From an uncultured Anaeroplasma sp. (GTDB lineage: Bacteria; Bacillota_I; Bacilli_A; Acholeplasmatales; Anaeroplasmataceae), in contig CAMEJG010000007.1 of the NCBI GenBank assembly GCA_945919465.1, forward strand, positions 1,099-65,098: DNA of 64,000 nucleotides, in the 5' to 3' direction. A program made the translations under genes and the position numbers. The notes below the pieces were generated by a model. It was not told the DNA's origin. It searched no databases and saw nothing but the letters and a program-made list of their open reading frames with translations. The stretch's first letter is position 1. Every line of letters begins with the position of its first letter. Positions 59,601-64,000 of the stretch are shown here, piece after piece.

Positions 59601-61999
59601 AAATATCATTTACAGAAGAATGTTATCATATAGGAAAAATATATTCTGATGGAAATACTTATCTAAATTTAACAGGAAATATTACAGGAATAATAGAATC
59701 AATTGATACAAGATTAGATAATAATATATTATTAGAATATTATAATAAAACAAAGGATTGTTTTAATACTACAACAAATAATTCATCAATAGATTATCAG
59801 GTTAGTTCAATATCATTAGGAGTAGAGGATTATGATTTGATACCATTAGAGGGTTCAATTAATTCAATAAATGGATTAAAGCCTACTAATTACGAACATA
59901 AAGAAAAAATATATGATAAACCAAGCTTCTATGACTATAATGTAAATAAATATAGTTATGAAGCATTTGGAAATAGTTTAATTTATGAATTAGGAAATAA
60001 AGAAATAATAACATTAGGAATGATTATTAATTTTAATAAATTAAATGAAAGACAAACAATACTAGAATTAATTAATACTAGTAATATTACTTATGATATT
60101 GAATTATATGTTGATAGTGATAATTATATTAAAATTTTATATGATGATGTAGTAATAAATACAAATTTATTAATAGTATCATTAAATAATAATCATATTT
60201 GTTTTAATTTAAATAAATATACTAATAAAATAGAAATTAATTTAAGTATTAATACTAATACATATTCTAAAACAATAAATATTCCTCAAATATCATGGAA
60301 TATAAGAGTTATATTATTTGATAATTTTAATAATGAATATCCATTATTAGGAAATATAGAAAAGGTATTATATAGTAATACTAAAAATAATTTAGATACA
60401 CTATATAATTATTTATTTACAATAACTAAAACAAATGAAATTGATGATTTAGGTTATTTATATAAGAGTACTATTTATGAAGAACAAAGAAGTATTATTA
60501 GTAATAATTATGAATATACTAATCAATTAATAACTAAAGAAGTAATACATATTAATCAAGATTATAATAGATATTATAGCTATAGTAATAATAGAGTAAC
60601 TACTATTACTGATTCTACCTTTGGGAATAAGAGCTATAGCTATGATTCATTAGGTAGATTAATAAATGATAATGGCACTATTATTACTTATGATAATTTA
60701 GGTAATATAACAAATTATGGTAATAAAAGCTATAGCTATAATGGATATTTATTAACCTCTATAAATGGAGAAAATATTAGTTATTATAATAATTCATATT
60801 TAATAAAAAAATATGAAGATATGGAATTTAAATATGAAGGAAAAAGGTTAGTAGAGATTAAAGAAGACAATGATGAAGAAATAACATATTATAAATATTA
60901 TTATAATCTAGATGGATTAAGAATAAAAAAAGAAGTTATTACTGAATATAGTGATTATAGAGATAGTGAAGTTGAGGTAACACAATATTATTATGAAGAT
61001 AGTAAGCTTATATGTGAATATCGAAATGATTCATTAAGAATAGATTATTTATATGATATTAATGATAATTTATTTGGATTCATATTAAATGATAATAGAT
61101 ATTATTATATAAGAGATTGTATGCAAAATATCTTAGGAATTATTGATAATAATGGTAATATTATAGCAAAATATAACTACAATGGCTTTGGAAGGATAAT
61201 TAGTATTACAGGTAGTAATACTGCAATAGGTAGTCTTAATCCATTTAGATACAAAGGATACTATTATGATAATGATACTTATATGTATTATTGTAAGAGT
61301 AGATACTATAATCCTCTATGGTGTAGATGGTTAACACCAGATAGTGTTGATTATTTGAATCCTAATAATATTAATGGATTGAATTTATATATTTATTGTG
61401 GTAATGATCCAGTGAATTATTATGATCCTACAGGACACTTTGCGATAAGTGCATTAATAATTGGTTTAGCATTTGGTTTTGCAGGAACAATGCTAACAGA
61501 TATAATTGATGATGGTAAATTGTTTAATGGTAGTCAAGATTTTTGGGATTATTTTGGAAATACACTTGCTGGCGGAATTGGTGGATTGGCGGGGGCCTTT
61601 GGATTAAATATGCTTGGAAGTATGATTTTCTCTGCCGCTGGTGATACAATTGGTGGTCTAATAAGTGGAGATGTTAATTCTTGGGAGTCTTTTGGTCAAA
61701 CTATTGCGTTATCTCTTGGAATGTCAATTCTTTCGTCTGGAATATCTAAGGCAGTTAGCGATGCATTTGGTACTAGCCAATATAAAACTATCAGAGGTAT
61801 TTCTAAAAAAAATATTAAAGTTAATAATTATTTAAAAAATTTAACAGGCTCATATAAGAGGGCAAAAGTATCGGCGTTAAAAATTGGTGCTAACTCAATG
61901 GACGATTTTTTAAAAAGACTTAGTAGAACTACATCAAATGTTATTGCAACAGAAATATCAGGAAATATGGTCTCTACTTTTATTGGTATGTGGTTTTAA
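56639..61999 (+). CDS. RHS/YD-repeat polymorphic toxin with LamG-like inserts, RHS core and a Gly-rich hydrophobic C-terminal domain
   Basis: YD repeats; core NPFRYKGYYYD....YYCKSRYYNP...RWLTPD; cleavage motif DPVNYYDPTGH at 61424-61438, followed by a 186-aa C-terminal tail. Confidence 0.93.
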   Translation: MNFMNKGLKSYAKQLKGQVGKIKYNINLNFNDSNVILEIPLFNTLGINPLSLSLIYNHQSRTTINEFGAGIKTNYDYKYIKSLKKIINPDFTEDIYTGYQQADQILYPNKYIYRNKDTNFDLYTSVRSDVNTNNFLYDPYKNKYNFDNNTNNYITKIEYINGFVTDYKANNILLNNNQGTIITKEELVSGSTKKIILYELENNIEISRVTLYYNNSTNKLYNITFKEDYIDEYYLTINNNNIKIYSERDKYAILINLIEIDDNNKKIEIYEEYYDYFLQDDDSYDVELDGQYLLYTINLNLNKTEIIDKNNNKSYIKFDDRDLPILEYTDKNVYIKTSYDNDKKLIYQGNSVNLHETVVLGDNSFTHVEAINVNYQNTTISNDIYTLGFNHNISVSYNDNQISKMGFIKEANGLKDDIITIITILKLIAKTENSSAKINIYLYKDNIDVIKKEFDILNNQIINEKELVIVGFKAPSPYDEIKVEIESYLINYEISDIILTDMLYGTYYSYSSDKRNIIKIDNGINDILLGYSNNIIESELSTSGSETIYKYDSKNNPIIKMNSYGNYIKYNYDENTNQILSINPSYSSNTIYEYDSVNNVTKIKEYKNINEYDETNNTYDKYHRIITTSKNNHNFNYTYQNGRIATISENGKNININYDDKGLIKEIITNNLTFYFIYTRKNILSYLSINNRMLFDRFYDDNDNLIKIKYSNENITDFIYNNNLLTDIKYNNSNRFNIEYDNYSRITKINNELLNIATNYYYDNYNRIKEIIDNNNQIKYFYNEENNYINKNINIRNYNINYSYNNYTNRKLSLFSRLRYLFNNRGYVGTFFLSDTYLRGKNNEEYLIYPSSLNLNNIRYIEGIPQYSLLLNPNFYISTNNTTSGSIGFWYQQPDFDEHLISSRRYILLSKENKDNNNIRIYLKIEGYKLKLCLKVNSNFYDYEMSERDYTSNWHFISMSYSINSNTLAASIQLDNYIKDQTFNLPYEISFTEECYHIGKIYSDGNTYLNLTGNITGIIESIDTRLDNNILLEYYNKTKDCFNTTTNNSSIDYQVSSISLGVEDYDLIPLEGSINSINGLKPTNYEHKEKIYDKPSFYDYNVNKYSYEAFGNSLIYELGNKEIITLGMIINFNKLNERQTILELINTSNITYDIELYVDSDNYIKILYDDVVINTNLLIVSLNNNHICFNLNKYTNKIEINLSINTNTYSKTINIPQISWNIRVILFDNFNNEYPLLGNIEKVLYSNTKNNLDTLYNYLFTITKTNEIDDLGYLYKSTIYEEQRSIISNNYEYTNQLITKEVIHINQDYNRYYSYSNNRVTTITDSTFGNKSYSYDSLGRLINDNGTIITYDNLGNITNYGNKSYSYNGYLLTSINGENISYYNNSYLIKKYEDMEFKYEGKRLVEIKEDNDEEITYYKYYYNLDGLRIKKEVITEYSDYRDSEVEVTQYYYEDSKLICEYRNDSLRIDYLYDINDNLFGFILNDNRYYYIRDCMQNILGIIDNNGNIIAKYNYNGFGRIISITGSNTAIGSLNPFRYKGYYYDNDTYMYYCKSRYYNPLWCRWLTPDSVDYLNPNNINGLNLYIYCGNDPVNYYDPTGHFAISALIIGLAFGFAGTMLTDIIDDGKLFNGSQDFWDYFGNTLAGGIGGLAGAFGLNMLGSMIFSAAGDTIGGLISGDVNSWESFGQTIALSLGMSILSSGISKAVSDAFGTSQYKTIRGISKKNIKVNNYLKNLTGSYKRAKVSALKIGANSMDDFLKRLSRTTSNVIATEISGNMVSTFIGMWF

Positions 62000-62025
62000 G
62001 AATTTATAGAAAGGGATAATTATGC

Positions 62026-62760
62026 ATGAAAAAGAAAGTACCTTTTATATTAAGGGAACCCAATTTGGTGCCTAAAAACTTGAAAATAAGATTATTGTTG
62101 TTCTTACTTGTAAATGGAATACTATTAGCTTTATTTCCTATATTAGCAATTTTTATAAATTTTCCTTATGGATATTTATGTTGGATATTAATAGTATGCA
62201 TTGCAATATTGTTTAATATAAAGGCATATCACATTCATACAGAGCGTTATCCTTTAAATGATTATTTAGAATATCAATTTAATCCGTTGAAAGACGAGAT
62301 AAAAAAAATTGATGGAGAATTTGTTATTGATGTATTAAAAATTTCAAATAATGTATACAAAATTTTACTTAAAAATAAGATTTTATATTTTGATTTGAAA
62401 GGATGTATTTGTCCATTGACTGTTATTAGGGCATATTTAATAAGACAGTTTACAATTAGATATATCAATCAATATAAGTTAGTTTCAGATACGATGGGAA
62501 AAAATATTAATATTTTTAAATTATTTAAAGAGTGTGAAAATGTAATTTTATATTATAAAAAAGAAAATAAAGATAAGAAGTTTTACATTATTAAATCATA
62601 TGTAACCAAGATGAATTCTTTTATAAAGTCTATAAATGGTTATGGTTATGTATTTTGGTATATTTCTTATCATGGTATGAGCAAATATCATATGAAAGTA
62701 TCGGAAAATGACTTCATTGATAGAAAAAATACGTCTCCTACGCGCGTGGGCGTATACTAA
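62026..62760 (+). CDS. Putative immunity protein (two N-terminal TM helices)
   Basis: Lies 26 nt after the RHS stop, has its own SD and a hydrophobic hairpin; no recognised family. Confidence 0.6.
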   Translation: MKKKVPFILREPNLVPKNLKIRLLLFLLVNGILLALFPILAIFINFPYGYLCWILIVCIAILFNIKAYHIHTERYPLNDYLEYQFNPLKDEIKKIDGEFVIDVLKISNNVYKILLKNKILYFDLKGCICPLTVIRAYLIRQFTIRYINQYKLVSDTMGKNINIFKLFKECENVILYYKKENKDKKFYIIKSYVTKMNSFIKSINGYGYVFWYISYHGMSKYHMKVSENDFIDRKNTSPTRVGVY

Positions 62761-62888
62761 TAGCCCACCGATTGGGGATTAAATCCATTAAGTAGGATAA
62801 ATTAACCTTAAATATAAAACTCAATAGTTTAGGTTCTGCCTGATAGGGAGCTATACTAATAGCCCCTTAATCAGGCACTAAACTATTG
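62736..62888. other. GC-rich structured element with twin hairpins sharing a TATACTAATAGCCC apex
   Basis: TATACTAATAGCCC at 62753-62766 and 62852-62865; long stem CAATAGTTTAG..TGCCTGAT / ATCAGGCA.CTAAACTATTG; TCCTAC/GTAGGA closing stem. Confidence 0.7.
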
Positions 62889-62944
62889 TTTTAATTAATT
62901 TTTACACCATGAAATATATTAGTAGCTAGAGGTATAGAAGTAGT

Positions 62945-63297
62945 ATGATTGAATCAATATTATATAATGGTGGAATATATTGCAGATTATCCTTAGATGA
63001 TGGAAGTGCAGGAGAATTTGGAAGTATTCAAATACAAAAAATGATGCTGGAAAAATATTGTAAAGATAATCGCTATACTGTAAAAGAAGTATATATTGAT
63101 GATGGGTATTCAGGTCTTAATTTTTATAGGCCAGCTTTTAAACAATTATTATGTGATATAGAAGCTGGTAAAATCAATATTGTAATAACTTAAGACTTAT
63201 CAAGATTAGGTAGAGATTACCTACAAACAGGATATTACACTGAACAATATTTTCCTCTTCATCATGTAAGATTATCGCAATTAATGATGGTGTAGAT
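62945..63297 (+). pseudogene. Large serine recombinase (TnpX/TndX-like), N-terminal remnant
   Basis: GIYCRLS.DD, YIDDGYSG.NF.RP, then ITK-to-IT* nonsense at 63191. The frame continues DLSRLGRDYLQTGYYTEQYFP, a 1-nt deletion near 63272 precedes IAINDGVD, and the gene is then truncated. Confidence 0.9.
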
Positions 63298-63333
63298 ATT
63301 TACCGTCTTTAATATATCCTCAGCACTAAAAAA

Positions 63334-63387
63334 CTCAATTTTATTGACTTTTTTTATTTTGTTAGTCAAAAAATTGAGGCTATTTTT
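63334..63387. terminator. Imperfect inverted repeat, possible terminator
   Basis: CTCAATTTTT.TTGACT...AGTCAA.AAAATTGAG followed by a T-run. Confidence 0.5.
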
Positions 63388-63477
63388 TAATTTTTTAAAG
63401 TTTTTACTTATTTGTACTTTAATAAGATAGATAAAGATTCTTGTACGTTATTGTACTTTAGAGTTAAGATTATATTT

Positions 63478-63703
63478 CATAATTTACTTTATCTTTATAT
63501 ATATTTTCACTCCATGGAACTAAATCTTTGTAATCTACAGTCAATGGTCTACCAGTTTTATAATTTTTTCTAGACTGTTTTTTCTCTATATTCATCATCT
63601 AGAACAACATATGAAATACATAATTTAGCTATTTTATAGCACCAAGACCATATGCCTTAGTAGTTAATACTAAAGATATAATATTACGATTAACCTTAGC
63701 AGA
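63478..63703 (-). pseudogene. Degraded ORF fragment of unknown function
   Basis: Three protein-like segments in shifted frames: SAKVNRNIISLVLTTKAYGLGA / AKLCISYVVLDDEYREK / QSRKNYKTGRPLTVDYKDLVPWSENIYKDKSKL*. Confidence 0.3.
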
Positions 63704-63937
63704 TGATTTATTGAATATAAGGGAATTGCTTTATTATAAATAATGAAAGAATTTTTTTATAATTACATAATCATTTTTATGTAATTATAGCTACAGAGGT
63801 TATTATAGAAAATATATCATAAGCTAATGGGCAATTAACAATATGTGTAAAATTATGTAAATAATTGTAAAAAACTTTCATTATGGGTCTATTTATGGTA
63901 TAATCAACCTAAGTTTTTGGTAGTTGAGGTAAGAAAA

Positions 63938-64000
63938 ATGAGAAGAGAAGAATCCTGTGGTGCGATATTATTTACAAAAGAAGAAGGAAAAAGATTATAT
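63938..64000 (+). CDS. NUDIX hydrolase (Ap4A hydrolase-like), partial
   Basis: SD GAGGT; MRREESCGAILFTKEEGKRLY matches the E.SCGA(V/I) N-terminus of this family. Confidence 0.7.
   Translation, partial: MRREESCGAILFTKEEGKRLY

Noticed and set aside
46890-62468. ORFs 46890-47111, 50438-50674, 52545-52727, 53437-53814, 53921-54124, 55024-55215 and 62274-62468
   Set aside because: Shadow or alternate-frame ORFs; 53437-53814 is explained by the biased codon usage of the host gene.
62736-62888. Hammerhead or other self-cleaving ribozyme, or group II intron domain V
   Set aside because: The conserved catalytic cores (CUGANGA/GAAA; AGC triad stem) are not present.
1-64000. CRISPR array, tRNA, rRNA, or genetic code 4
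   Set aside because: No spaced repeats or RNA-gene signatures were seen by eye. TGA serves as a stop in coupled genes (e.g. the ATGA overlap at 42204-42207), so code 11 applies.

Overview
Very AT-rich chromosomal window from a low-GC Bacillota-type bacterium using genetic code 11 (TGA is a stop, e.g. at 17942, 36561, 42207). The gene content suggests an anaerobic gut or rumen organism of the Acholeplasmatales/Anaeroplasma-like Bacilli; this taxon call is an inference. Most of the window is housekeeping and metabolism: htpG, a CPA2 antiporter, mgtE, fucO, a GltD-like oxidoreductase, pduL, coaD, rdgB, a pulA-malQ-glgP-HAD-LacI starch/maltodextrin cluster, gltB, an ABC exporter, a Y-family polymerase with YolD, yidD, MATE, a bile salt hydrolase, an acyltransferase and pepP. 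From about 56.6 to 63.8 kb lies an accessory island: an RHS/YD-repeat polymorphic toxin, a membrane immunity candidate, a GC-rich twin-hairpin element and a decayed serine recombinase. No rRNA, tRNA or CRISPR array was recognised. The most notable observations are: (1) a 23-codon leader ORF with two mutually exclusive hairpins, one of which sequesters the mgtE ribosome-binding site, a candidate new Mg2+ translational attenuator; (2) an operon of an FGE-sulfatase lipoprotein and a degenerate ADP-ribosylglycohydrolase/Macro/HD alarmone-hydrolase triple fusion; (3) sigmaG- and sigmaE-type promoters in front of DUF1540 and spoIIIAH-like genes; (4) an uncharacterised two-radical-SAM operon; (5) the RHS cassette and its structured junction element. 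All family calls come from motif recognition by eye; no database searches were run.
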